This document shows, in pieces, positions 1 through 9,552 of a stretch of DNA of 64,000 nt; the stretch's first letter is position 1, and the number at the start of each line of letters is the position of its first letter. The translations under genes and the position numbers were made by a program. The DNA comes from Bdellovibrionota bacterium (GTDB lineage: Bacteria; Bdellovibrionota_C; UBA2361; JBGSMV01): assembly GCA_041739995.1 (NCBI GenBank), contig JBGSMV010000029.1, positions 64,001-128,000 of the forward strand, read 5' to 3'. Under the pieces are notes generated by a model, which saw nothing but the letters and a program-made list of their open reading frames with translations, made no database searches and was not told where the DNA came from.

Positions 1-2
1 GG

Positions 3-1643
3 GAGATTGAAGGTCCCAAGGGAGAGGTTCCTGCAATCGAGCTCAGCGGGGTGACGGTTCGGTATCGTTCCTATTTGGAGCGACATTCCTCGCTTAAGGA
101 AGCAACGCTTAAATTGCTCAAAGGGCAGGCGCCTGAGAGCTACGAATATTTCGAAGCGCTTTCTAAGATTTCGCTCTCGATTCCGCGTGGAGCTGTTTTG
201 GGAGTGCTTGGTAGCAACGGTTCTGGAAAAAGCACCTTACTCAAAGTTCTCGCGGGCGTGCTGAAACCTTCTCGAGGTTCGGTCACAGTTCGTGGTTCTA
301 TCGCGTCATTGATTGAGCTTGGAGTGGCATTTGATCCTGAGTTAAATGCGATTGAAAATCTGTATCTCCATGGCGCTTTGCATAAGAAGAGTCAGTCCGA
401 GATCGCAGCGCGCCTTGAGCATATTCTTGACTTCGCTGAACTCAAGGATATGGCTACGAAGCCAATCAAATACTATTCGTCTGGCATGATAGCGCGTCTC
501 GGATTTAGCGCGGCGGTAGATGTGGATCCGGACGTCTTGTTAATCGATGAGATTCTTGGGGTAGGAGACGAGCGTTTTCAACGAAAATGCTCCAAGGTAT
601 TTGATCGGTTTTTTGCAGCTCGTAAGACCGTTATAGTGGTAAGTCATTCAATGGAAATGATTGCCTCGATAGCCACGCATGCCGCTGTGATTTCCAAAGG
701 GGAACTTCTATACGTCGGAGATCCGGATACGGCAATTTCGATGTATCGAGATGAGTCGTACGAGACTGCCCTCGTGGCCCAGGAAGTGGCAAAGAGCAGT
801 GCGCGGAAGAGAACAACGCTAAAGGCTGATCGTTTTTCGATTCTTGGAAAACCACTTTCAAACTACAAGATCAACATTGTCACCGAGCCTGCTCCTGGAT
901 GGGTGCTTCGTCGCATTTCTGAGGCGTTTGCGGAGGAAATGGAGGGTGCGGCTTCCGTGTCCACTGAGCCAGACCCGACCGCTGACGTGAATTTCTACGT
1001 GAATTATGCGCTATTCAAAGAACCAACGAATTGCGATGTGGGGTTCTTCACCCACCGAGAGCCTGGTCCTCCATGGAGCGAAGCGTTCGATCAGGCCGCT
1101 GCACGAATGACTTTTTGTGTGTCAATGTGTGAGCGAACTACTGAGCTTTTACCGAAGGAGAGAACCGGCGTCGTGCTGGTAGCGCCAGACCGCCAATTCA
1201 TGCGCGGCAAGCTCACCTTAGGTGTGGTTGCCAGAGAGTATGAGAGTGGTCGCAAGCGATTTGAATGGGTGGATGAGCTTCGCACTATTCCGGGAGTGGA
1301 GGTGCAAATTTCAGGCGGCCGTTTTAAGTGGGACGACATGCCTGCTTTCTACGACTCGATTGACTACCTGCTTGTGCTTGGGGGAAATGAAGGCGGACCT
1401 GTCCCATTGGTCGAGGCGCTCGCAATGGGGGTCCCAGTAATTGCTCCTGATGTGGGCTTTGTTCCGGAGTACACCACTCTCAGATATACTGAACTTTCCG
1501 ATCTTAAGGAGTTGGTGAAGCGTCTGGTGGTGTCATCAGAATCTCAAGTCCAATCGACAGAAAAACTTGTGCAGTGTTTTGAGCGTGCGATTCAGTTGGC
1601 GCGCGCCAATCAGTCGCAGAGTTCGCAGTCCGCACTTGGTTAG
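3..1643 (+). CDS. Polysaccharide/O-antigen export ABC ATPase (Wzt/TagH-like) fused to C-terminal GT-B (GT4-like) glycosyltransferase domain; 5' end outside window
   Basis: Walker A GSNGSGKST, YSSGM signature, LLIDE Walker B; C-terminal EGGPVPLVEALAMGVPVIAPDVG (EX7E). Frame is open from base 3 (EIEGPKGEVPAIELSGVTV), so the start lies upstream. Confidence 0.85.
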   Translation, partial: EIEGPKGEVPAIELSGVTVRYRSYLERHSSLKEATLKLLKGQAPESYEYFEALSKISLSIPRGAVLGVLGSNGSGKSTLLKVLAGVLKPSRGSVTVRGSIASLIELGVAFDPELNAIENLYLHGALHKKSQSEIAARLEHILDFAELKDMATKPIKYYSSGMIARLGFSAAVDVDPDVLLIDEILGVGDERFQRKCSKVFDRFFAARKTVIVVSHSMEMIASIATHAAVISKGELLYVGDPDTAISMYRDESYETALVAQEVAKSSARKRTTLKADRFSILGKPLSNYKINIVTEPAPGWVLRRISEAFAEEMEGAASVSTEPDPTADVNFYVNYALFKEPTNCDVGFFTHREPGPPWSEAFDQAAARMTFCVSMCERTTELLPKERTGVVLVAPDRQFMRGKLTLGVVAREYESGRKRFEWVDELRTIPGVEVQISGGRFKWDDMPAFYDSIDYLLVLGGNEGGPVPLVEALAMGVPVIAPDVGFVPEYTTLRYTELSDLKELVKRLVVSSESQVQSTEKLVQCFERAIQLARANQSQSSQSALG

Positions 1644-1672
1644 TATTTCCATGCCTTTCGTGGGAGGAGTGA

Positions 1673-2395
1673 GTGGGAGCGTTCTGGGAGATTTTTTCGC
1701 GAGGCGCACCGCATCGAACCGGCACGACCCCATTAGGCTCAGACGTATGTTTCTATACGGCGCTATATGGGGACCGGGATATTCGACTTAATCCTGGCTG
1801 GGCAGAATTGGGCGTGCCCTTGGTCTATTTCTCTGATCGAGAAATGGCGGCGCCGGCGAATGCGACATGGCGACGGTGTCCTGCGTTGTACCCCGACAGT
1901 AATCGTTCGGCGAAATTCTTTAAGTTGATGCCACATCTGTGCATCGCTGATTTCCAGAGTTCGGTGTGGTTTGACGCCAATATCGTCCCGAAGATTGATC
2001 ATGTTCGACAATGGATCGAGAAGCGAGAAGTTTTTGCGAAATTCGCACTCTTTGGACATCCTGAACGTAGTTGTGTGTTCGAGGAAGGTAAGACCTGTGC
2101 AGAGCTGGGCCGCGATGACTCTCAGGTTATTGAGAGACAGATGGAACATTACAGGGAGCAAGGGGTCAAACCTGGCACAGGCTTGTATGCCGGAGGATTT
2201 CTGTTTCGTAGGCACCTTGATGCAATGGTCATGAGAATGAACTGTGAATGGTGGAGCGAGGTAGGTCAGTTCAGTAAGCGCGATCAGCTAAGTTTGCCGG
2301 TGATATTGCAGCGCACCGGGATTCAGCCCCAAGTCATTCCTGGTTCATATTGGAATAATGAACTGTTTGTGTACGGCCCTCATTCCGGACAGTAG
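1673..2395 (+). CDS. DUF616 (TOD1/MUCI70-like) glycosyltransferase
   Basis: YTALYGD, KFFKLMPH, SVWFDAN, HPERSCVFEE, WWSEV..RDQLSL motifs. Confidence 0.8.
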   Translation: MGAFWEIFSRGAPHRTGTTPLGSDVCFYTALYGDRDIRLNPGWAELGVPLVYFSDREMAAPANATWRRCPALYPDSNRSAKFFKLMPHLCIADFQSSVWFDANIVPKIDHVRQWIEKREVFAKFALFGHPERSCVFEEGKTCAELGRDDSQVIERQMEHYREQGVKPGTGLYAGGFLFRRHLDAMVMRMNCEWWSEVGQFSKRDQLSLPVILQRTGIQPQVIPGSYWNNELFVYGPHSGQ

Positions 2396-2405
2396 AGAAG
2401 CTTCT

Positions 2406-3497
2406 TCACTGCGGTGATTCGGCACCTGAAATAAGCAGCAATCCAATCGATCCCATTATAATATTTGCGACCCAAGCAGAGAGAACGGGGGGCAGAAGTT
2501 CGGCCTTGCCCATGGCCATACTAAATGAGTGCACCACGTAGTAGGTAAAACCAATGGCTAAGCCTGCAAGTACGCTGCTTGCCATGGAACCAGATCGAGC
2601 AGGTCGGAGCGAGAAGGGGATGACAATCAGGCCGATGATGAAGTTAATCAGCGGGAACGCAAATTTTTCCGAGAGCGATGGCATATAATCAGAGACATCA
2701 ATGCCGTTTTTCCGCTGCTGACGAATAAAGCGGCGAAGCTGAGCGATTGTCATTGTATTTGGCTCGGTTCTCACTTCATAGAAATCTGAGGGAGCGTCAC
2801 GAATGGGCAGCGGAAGGCTTGCGAACTTGGACACTCGATATTGACCCTCTTTATCAAAGTACCGTTCGGAGACGTCGAGCATGCTCCATCCCAGTTGGGA
2901 ATTAATCCAGCGTGCGGCGGCGGCGTTGGTCCTGCTTCTGGCGGTAAACTCTGGAGAAAGTTCATACATGGACAATCCGACGAGTTCATTGGAGCGCGAA
3001 TCGAAGGTGTCGACCGAGAAAAGGCGTTCCTGATCTCGCCACCAAAACTCGCTTTGGCTGTAGCCCCCTCGTTTATCTTTTTGACGAATATCAATGTTGT
3101 AGATCTCTCGTGAGCGCCGCTCGCTGAGCGGAACAATCATCTCGCTTATCACAAATGAGATACCACTAACCGCAATTCCGCAGAGAAGGATCGGTTGGGC
3201 GATTGAGAAGACCGTCAATCCTGACGCTCGCATGGCGGTAATCTCTGAGCTTTTCGAAAGAAGCCCAAGAGTGAGCAGTATTGAAACCATCATTGCGATA
3301 GGGAACATGAGCGTGAGGATTGTTGGAACTTTGAACAAGAAGTACTGAGCAGTGAGCCAGAGAGTCGCCCCCTCTGCAAGAATGTTGTCGATGCGCTCAA
3401 AGAAGTCGAAGACAAGAAACAGAAAGATGAAGACAAGCAGTGCAATACCGAGGTTGCGGAGCAATTGTTTTCCAATGTAGCGATGAAGGCGCTTCAT
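2406..3497 (-). CDS. lptG: LPS export ABC permease LptG
   Basis: LHRYI N-terminus, SEITAMRASG motif, TM pattern, downstream of lptF with ATGA overlap. Confidence 0.9.
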   Translation of the reverse strand: MKRLHRYIGKQLLRNLGIALLVFIFLFLVFDFFERIDNILAEGATLWLTAQYFLFKVPTILTLMFPIAMMVSILLTLGLLSKSSEITAMRASGLTVFSIAQPILLCGIAVSGISFVISEMIVPLSERRSREIYNIDIRQKDKRGGYSQSEFWWRDQERLFSVDTFDSRSNELVGLSMYELSPEFTARSRTNAAAARWINSQLGWSMLDVSERYFDKEGQYRVSKFASLPLPIRDAPSDFYEVRTEPNTMTIAQLRRFIRQQRKNGIDVSDYMPSLSEKFAFPLINFIIGLIVIPFSLRPARSGSMASSVLAGLAIGFTYYVVHSFSMAMGKAELLPPVLSAWVANIIMGSIGLLLISGAESPQ

Positions 3498-4852
3498 GCC
3501 GTTTTCCTAGATTTGAAGAGAGACACAATCCCCTGGCCAAAGCGAATGGCGCGCTCGTGGAGCGCGGCGGAGACTGAGTGCCAGCTTTCCGTTGCAGTTT
3601 TATAGGTCGTAAGGGTGGCGAGGGCGACCACGCAGAGGTTAGGGATCCAAAGGGCTAGCCACGTTGGAATAACTCCGGACTGAGCCAATACCAGGCCGAC
3701 CGAAAAGAGGCCGTAGTAGAGTACGAACACGAGTAAACCGAGCACGGCAGAAAGTCCCGCACCCCAGGTGCGATGGGCTCGCGGTGGTTGAACTCCGAGG
3801 GGCATCGCAAGAAGCGCTAATGCGAGAGAGGCAAATGGCAGAGAGAAACGTTGCCCAAGTTCAATCTGAGAGCGAAGAATTCGTCGAGAAATCTGCTCCC
3901 GGGTAGTTCGCTCGACAAAGACGCTATTAGGAACTGGAAGGGGATAATCCTCAGGTTTCAAGATTCCAGGCTCGATGACTGCAACGGAGTCCTCGGTGGA
4001 TTCGGACGCGGCTATTTCTTCCTTACTTGGTAGTAGCGATGCGGTATTAGTGAGCGGTCCACCGAGATAGGCCAGACGTTCTCGCAATTCTGAGACGCTG
4101 AGTTCGGAGACGGAACGACCTTTCTGATGTTCTTGTTCGAAGAGTTCATTGGGATCTATAGAGAGACGTATCTCCTTTGATTTCCAGGGAGGGGAGATTT
4201 TTCCGCTTTGTTCATGAATCTCGGCATCGCGCAGGATAAATTCAATAGTGCGGTGGACTTCATCGGAGCGAATTGCTCCGGTGCGAGCAAGAAAGACTCG
4301 GCGCGTTTCAGCGTCACGTCGGTCGTCCACCATCACGCGGGTGAGATTCCCCGTGAGGTTGTCGATGGCCTCGGCGTAGAGAGTGATGTCTCCGAGTTTG
4401 TTGAATATTCCTGGTTCAAGCCCAGAGGTGCTTTTGCTGCGAGCTATTTCGAACAAAGTACGCGACAGTTCGCGAAAGCCCCATGGTTTTAGTTCAAGAG
4501 AGACGATAAGTCCGAGGCAAGCAATCGCAAATCCAAAAACAAAGGTGGGAAAGGTAAGCTGTCCGATGCTGATTCCACTGGCGCGCATGACGACAATTTC
4601 TGAATCTCCTGACAGTCGACCAAACGCTAACATCACGCCGAGGAGTGTCGCGAGCGGAGTAGCGATTTCAAGGAAGGTGGGGATGATCGCTAAGAAGACC
4701 GCTCCGATCTGGGAGAGTTCGACGCCCTTATCGACTACCAGCGAGGCAAAGCGCAGCATCCGCAAGGTAAGGAGAATGCCGGTGAATGCGAATAGGCATA
4801 GCGCAAAGAACAGAAGGCATTCTTTCCAGAGGTATCGATCAAGAGTTTTCAC
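3494..4852 (-). CDS. lptF: LPS export ABC permease LptF
   Basis: GRLSGDSEIVVMRASG; KTLDRYL N-terminus points to a GTG start at 4852. Confidence 0.9.
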   Translation of the reverse strand: MKTLDRYLWKECLLFFALCLFAFTGILLTLRMLRFASLVVDKGVELSQIGAVFLAIIPTFLEIATPLATLLGVMLAFGRLSGDSEIVVMRASGISIGQLTFPTFVFGFAIACLGLIVSLELKPWGFRELSRTLFEIARSKSTSGLEPGIFNKLGDITLYAEAIDNLTGNLTRVMVDDRRDAETRRVFLARTGAIRSDEVHRTIEFILRDAEIHEQSGKISPPWKSKEIRLSIDPNELFEQEHQKGRSVSELSVSELRERLAYLGGPLTNTASLLPSKEEIAASESTEDSVAVIEPGILKPEDYPLPVPNSVFVERTTREQISRRILRSQIELGQRFSLPFASLALALLAMPLGVQPPRAHRTWGAGLSAVLGLLVFVLYYGLFSVGLVLAQSGVIPTWLALWIPNLCVVALATLTTYKTATESWHSVSAALHERAIRFGQGIVSLFKSRKTA

Positions 4853-4924
4853 GTACAGAAGACTAGCGTACCGCTCTGTGGCGCAACAGCCAGGGAGAGG
4901 GGGCTCGTTGACCACACTCTGGAG

Positions 4925-4948
4925 GGTGGCGCTTCACCAAGCGCCACC
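4925..4948. other. Perfect 10-bp hairpin upstream of lptF
   Basis: GGTGGCGCTT-cacc-AAGCGCCACC; function unknown. Confidence 0.45.
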
Positions 4949-5315
4949 GTGGATTTTAACGAATGCATTTTCCGCCCCATAAGGGAGGTCAGCGAGAGGG
5001 GTGTCATGCTACCGAGGAAACATCCCTGTACCTTGTTTCAACAATGAAGGAAGAGACAGGAGTGTGGTCTATGCGATGGTGGAAACGTTCTCCGTGAGAC
5101 TCCAGACATAGGTCGAGGATGCGAAGTCGGGGCTTTCTAGACACAATCTACGGAAATAATTGTAGGGTCTCGGCTCAGGAGAGAATCGGGCGCAGGTCGT
5201 CGGCTGCCCTGGAGGGCGCACATGACGAGCCGACACCTCTCGTTGTGGTGGTGAGAAAGGCGGTGGTGAGAAAGTAGAAAATCGCAGGTTTGGAGAACGA
5301 GGAGAATTTGGAGAA

Positions 5316-5771
5316 CTACGAGAAGAGGAATGGATTCTTCTTCTGGCGAGCCTCTTCCTTGCGAGCCTTCTTAATCGAGTCCTTCTCTTTGCGCTTCTTA
5401 CGCTCAGACGGTTTCTCGTAATATCGGCGTGATTTGAGTTCTTTGAAGAGCCCTTCTTTGATGAGCTTGCGCTTAAGAACCTTCATCGCTTTTTCGATGT
5501 TGTTCTCTACGTAGACTTCCATGGCCTGTGGCTTTGGTCGATCGTCTCGGTCGCGATTAAATCCGCCCCGATCTCCGTATGGACGATCCCCTCTATCTCC
5601 GCGATCTGATCCGCCGCGACCACCATACGCGCCGTTTCCGTTCACTCGCACCGCGCCAGTTGCACTACCGCCAGCGGGAGCTCCTGCTCCACCCGATGAA
5701 GAAGCTGGTTCTCCATCTCTAGAAGACGTTCTCTTGGGGGTCCCTTCTGCGTTTTCGCTTCCACTAATCAT
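5316..5771 (-). CDS. rpsU: 30S ribosomal protein bS21 with long N-terminal Gly/Arg/Asp-rich extension
   Basis: C-terminal EVYVENNIEKAMKVLKRKL..EGLFKELKSRRYYEKPSERKKRK is the bS21 core. Confidence 0.9.
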   Translation of the reverse strand: MISGSENAEGTPKRTSSRDGEPASSSGGAGAPAGGSATGAVRVNGNGAYGGRGGSDRGDRGDRPYGDRGGFNRDRDDRPKPQAMEVYVENNIEKAMKVLKRKLIKEGLFKELKSRRYYEKPSERKKRKEKDSIKKARKEEARQKKNPFLFS

Positions 5772-6511
5772 TCAGAGTTACTCAATTAGCAAATAACAGT
5801 TAATCAAAAGTGAACCGCTTTACGCGCGGTCCACACATCAAACCAAAAACAGACAAAGCCACCAGAGACTATACCGCCACCATCTCGACCGTTGTTCAGA
5901 TCGAACTTAAGGGACGTTTCTAAGGCATACAGCTTGCGACACGTTCTTACCCTGGCCAAGACATGCTTGCAATGCGTAGCGCCAATTCCTGACCTTGCCT
6001 TCCTGAACATGTCGATGAGCGGGGCTCACCGAAAAGCCGCCTCACGTCTTCACTAAGCACACAAAATCGAGCACAGCTAAGCTATAGGAAGCGCTCAGAG
6101 CCTTCATGGGTGCAGACGAACCGCTACCATGACGAACTGCTGCCAAATATACCGTGCCAAGTATACCACAACTTACTAATCTCGTTCCAAGCAGCAAAAC
6201 ACTACAGGGAAAAGAGCGTGGTATAATTAAGCTCGCGACCCATAACTTCTGCGCTACCAAAGCCACGGATCGTCGCAGGCTTATAGCAAAAAGACTTGGA
6301 AAAGCGAAGCATTAGCAGCTAATTTCAGTATCTTTTCGACATCCTTGTCTCACAGACTTTGGGGGCGGGTCGAAGCGCTTCCGGTGCCGCCCCTCGTAGC
6401 TACGAGACACTTCGGGCGACCCGTCGCGACCCGTCGTCTCAGGGAACTTGGAGAGCAGCAGCATGGTCGACAAGCTCGTTGTATCTATGCAGATATACAG
6501 AACTTTTGAGA

Positions 6512-7450
6512 CTACGCCCGCACTAGGGTTATTAGAGCAATCTCGGGGGCACAGTTAACCCGAATCGGAACGACAACCGTTCCAAGGCCACGAGAGGTGA
6601 ATATGGCCCTTTCTCGCCCTAAAGAATCGCTCCCGCGCCACAGCCCCTCCCGAAAGCGCTCATCTGAAATATTGTAAAATAACCCGCCGATCCCAGGGAA
6701 CTGTATCTGTCCGCCATGGGTATGGCCCGCCAGCCCCACATCGAAGTCAAGCGGGGGCTTCTTCAAAAGTGAGGTGAAGGTGTCCGGATTGTGTGCCAGC
6801 GCGATTCTTAACTCAGTTAGAGGGTTACGACTGGGAAGATCCTGAGGGGTCCTCGGAATACCGGTCCAATAGTCCTCATAGCCAATAATTCTCAAGGTTG
6901 AGTTCGCATGCTGAATTGAGACGTGTTGGTTTTGGAGGATTTTAATCCCTCCGGAAGAAAGCACCTCGTTGCAGATTTTTGCACCGATACCACCTTCGTG
7001 ATTTCCCAGAACTCCGAAGGAACCATCCGGCGGGTGGTAGTGTGCGAACGCGTCCAGATAGATTTTAAGCCAATGTGCGAAGTTCGTTTCGACCGAGGAG
7101 AAGCAGGCTTCGCCTCTCGTTGCCGACAATACTGTTTTCGAAAAAATTGAACTGAGACGCCATAGGTAGTCGCCACCATGGAGCACAAGGTTGGGAGCAA
7201 GTTCGGCAACTCGTGCGGCAACAGAGCGAAGAAATTCAACGTTCGCGCAGGTCCCAATATGCATGTCGCTTACAAATGCGATGCGATAATTCTCAAATGC
7301 GGGAGGTAATAGCGGCAGAGGAATCGCCACTTCGTTTACGAAGAGATCGTAGGTATCAAGTTTTACTCCGGCGGCGACGGCGACAGAAGCGCCAGTCAAG
7401 CCGGCGCCAAGGCCCAGTCCGAGAAACACTCTTCGTGAAAGCGGTGACAT
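6512..7450 (-). CDS. Calcineurin-like metallophosphoesterase (YkuE/YaeI-like) with Tat signal
   Basis: SRRVFL twin-arginine; DMH, GGD, GNHE, AHNPD, GHTHGGQ motifs. Confidence 0.85.
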   Translation of the reverse strand: MSPLSRRVFLGLGLGAGLTGASVAVAAGVKLDTYDLFVNEVAIPLPLLPPAFENYRIAFVSDMHIGTCANVEFLRSVAARVAELAPNLVLHGGDYLWRLSSIFSKTVLSATRGEACFSSVETNFAHWLKIYLDAFAHYHPPDGSFGVLGNHEGGIGAKICNEVLSSGGIKILQNQHVSIQHANSTLRIIGYEDYWTGIPRTPQDLPSRNPLTELRIALAHNPDTFTSLLKKPPLDFDVGLAGHTHGGQIQFPGIGGLFYNISDERFREGLWRGSDSLGRERAIFTSRGLGTVVVPIRVNCAPEIALITLVRA

Positions 7451-7453
7451 ATT

Positions 7454-8008
7454 TTATGCTACTTTCTTCCTTCCAGCGGCCGATTGTCGGGCACGATCGC
7501 TCCGCACTGCACGAGCCCATCCGCCCTGTTTTATCCATGCGTTAAGTGCAGTGATTCCCGGGTGCATGCGCTCGAGATTTCGGAATCTTGGGCCGTGCCA
7601 CGCGTGTTTGCCTTTATGTACACCAACGTTTGCGCCAAGCACTGCATGGCACATTTCATGATACAAAAGTGCTTCAAGCCACTGCGAATGTTCGGGACGA
7701 TTTAGTTCCTTTGCGACTACCACGCGTTGTTTTGGAACACAGCAGGAAGCAAGAGTGCGGCGCTGTCTTCGGGTGCTCCAGGTGACGGTATAGGCGAGGA
7801 GGTCAGTCCGTTCGGGAAAGCGTGAGGTGACAAGGGTCTCCCAGAAGGAACGTAGCGTTGGGTCTGAGACCCGTGTCGAGGTAGGAGATTTTCGTGCCTT
7901 TGTGCTGCGGTTCCGCCTGGGATTTCTCTGTGGCTCTTCAAAGAGCAAGACCTGACGTCTGAGGCGAGATAAGGCGCCGCTGAGGCGCTCCAGTGAATGT
8001 CGAAGCAT
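7454..8008 (-). CDS. SprT-like zinc metalloprotease domain protein
   Basis: LLYHEMCH (HExxH) followed by HGPRF. Confidence 0.75.
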   Translation of the reverse strand: MLRHSLERLSGALSRLRRQVLLFEEPQRNPRRNRSTKARKSPTSTRVSDPTLRSFWETLVTSRFPERTDLLAYTVTWSTRRQRRTLASCCVPKQRVVVAKELNRPEHSQWLEALLYHEMCHAVLGANVGVHKGKHAWHGPRFRNLERMHPGITALNAWIKQGGWARAVRSDRARQSAAGRKKVA

Positions 8009-8195
8009 GCTCCCTATTTCCCCATAGGACGCTCGGGAAGGGAACCCCTCAAGGCAGGGCTCATTTTCGTTGAACCGAGGACCCCCTGAAGCGGCATCTT
8101 AAGGTTACCAGGGGTCTTGGATGGGCTTGCCTCCCTGAGGACCGTATAGGCGAAGCATCTTACGACAACTACGTACCAAATAGTGAGAACTTGAT

Positions 8196-8624
8196 ATGGA
8201 AGAGAGCAAAGCAATTCACCGCCTTGTTGAAGTGCAAGACCTGGTTGGCATGGTTGAGGACATGTTAGCTGCTGACATGGTCGAGCGTCTTTCCCCTGCG
8301 GCGTGGTCAGGTATCCGTATCACACTTCGGAATGTCAGAGAGACCATTGGCGCAAGCCACGGTGCAATGGCGACTGGGCTAGTGCAAAGGGCCAAGACCA
8401 GCATGCCTCAGTCGAGCATGCATCAGTCAGCCACTATGAACCCATCTCAGATGCCAATGGCTCAAGAATCCAAAAGCTCTGACTCAAGTACGGCCAGCGC
8501 TCAAGCTGCTTCCCGCTCTATGAATCAAATGAGCGAAAAGGGGCACGAGGACATTCGCATCAATCCGCCACTCTCCAGACGAGACCTCAAGGCTTCGCTA
8601 GAACGCCTTGTAGATCGTCAGTAG
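8196..8624 (+). CDS. Hypothetical protein
   Basis: 142-aa ATG ORF with helical N-terminus and Ser/Met/Gln-rich middle. Confidence 0.6.
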   Translation: MEESKAIHRLVEVQDLVGMVEDMLAADMVERLSPAAWSGIRITLRNVRETIGASHGAMATGLVQRAKTSMPQSSMHQSATMNPSQMPMAQESKSSDSSTASAQAASRSMNQMSEKGHEDIRINPPLSRRDLKASLERLVDRQ

Positions 8625-8693
8625 CGATATTGGGAAGCTTCACCGTCGTCACCGACGCGGGCTAGAGCCCAGCGCTGCAGATCTATTCAGAAA

Positions 8694-8993
8694 CTATTTA
8701 GAGAACAGGCCACCGAAGAATGTCTTCATCCAGTCTCCGTCCGTGCCGCCGCGCGCCTGGGACTGCTTGATAATCTCTTCTAATTCTCCCGAATCAAGCC
8801 AAATACCACCCGAAGTTTTGCAACGGTCCACGGTGACGCCGTCCATCACGATCTCTTCCATGGGCTCGCCCGAAATAGGACTCAGTCGAGGCTTGCGCTC
8901 CCCCGATTTAATCTTTCGAAGCGCATCCTTATTCTGCTGGTCGAAGTATTGGTCTTCCTTTGCCTGTCGGCGCTGATCCCAAGAGTCGTTCAC
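8694..8993 (-). CDS. zf-TFIIB-like small protein with degenerate zinc ribbon
   Basis: GVTVDRC..SGGIWLDSGELE motif; AGAGAGG RBS. Confidence 0.7.
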   Translation of the reverse strand: MNDSWDQRRQAKEDQYFDQQNKDALRKIKSGERKPRLSPISGEPMEEIVMDGVTVDRCKTSGGIWLDSGELEEIIKQSQARGGTDGDWMKTFFGGLFSK

Positions 8994-9107
8994 GGTATTA
9001 CCTCTCTTAATTCAAATTAGGCGTGGTCTAAATTACGCACGGTGATTTTAGCCTAGGGACATGTCTACGGACAGGGCTATCGGCGCGTCATTCGTAGGGC
9101 TTCAAAA

Positions 9108-9136
9108 TTGACTTTTTCAACCCGGTCACCTATTTA
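9108..9136 (+). promoter_or_regulatory. Candidate sigma70 promoter for tRNA-Gly genes
   Basis: TTGACT-N17-TATTTA, ending 34 nt before the tRNA. Confidence 0.5.
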
Positions 9137-9170
9137 CCTCGACTCGCGCGGTTTGAAAACTGCTTGATGA

Positions 9171-9246
9171 GCGGGTGTAACTCAGTTGGTAGAGTGCTTG
9201 CTTCCCAAGCAAGATGCCGCGGGTTCGAGCCCCGTCACCCGCTCCA
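9171..9246 (+). tRNA. tRNA-Gly(CCC)
   Basis: GCGGGTG/CACCCGC acceptor stem, CTTGC-TTCCCAA-GCAAG anticodon arm, TTCGA T-loop, encoded CCA. Confidence 0.97.
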
Positions 9247-9266
9247 GATCTTCCCGCGCACTGTGT

Positions 9267-9362
9267 TATCCCTCCGGGGGTTTCACCTTCGGCGAAAGAG
9301 CTTATCCCTCCGGGGGTTTCGCCTCTGTGTTATCCCTCCGGGGGTTTCACCTTCGGCGAAAG
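9267..9362 (+). repeat. tRNA-linked hairpin repeats, cluster 1 (3 units, one truncated)
   Basis: TATCCCTCCGGGGGTTTCACCTTCGGYGAAAG units at 9267, 9303 (partial) and 9331. Confidence 0.9.
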
Positions 9363-9472
9363 GTTCGGCGAAGGGGGAAAGGTGGTTTGAACCGTTAGTT
9401 TTTTGGCTGGTGCCTTTAGGTTGGTATTTATTTAGGTTAGCATTTCTTGATTGTCCCTTAGGGGCCATTCGT

Positions 9473-9549
9473 GCGGGCGTAGCTCAGCTGGCTAGAGCGC
9501 TTCCTTGCCAAGGAAGAGGTCGAGAGTTCGAATCTCTTCGCCCGCTCCA
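9473..9549 (+). tRNA. tRNA-Gly(GCC)
   Basis: GCGGGCG/CGCCCGC acceptor stem, CTTCC-TTGCCAA-GGAAG anticodon arm, encoded CCA. Confidence 0.97.
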
Positions 9550-9552
9550 TAC

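Noticed and set aside
4383..4982. Long alternative-frame or antisense ORFs (also 10333-10914, 21995-22603, 35361-35954, 48406-49062, 49611-50303)
   Set aside because: They lie opposite well-supported genes and show no motifs; they are shadow ORFs.
4981..5315. CsrB-like sRNA (about a dozen GGA motifs on the plus strand)
   Set aside because: The strand is purine-rich overall, GGAs are not clearly in hairpin loops, no terminator is seen, and FliW is available as the CsrA antagonist.
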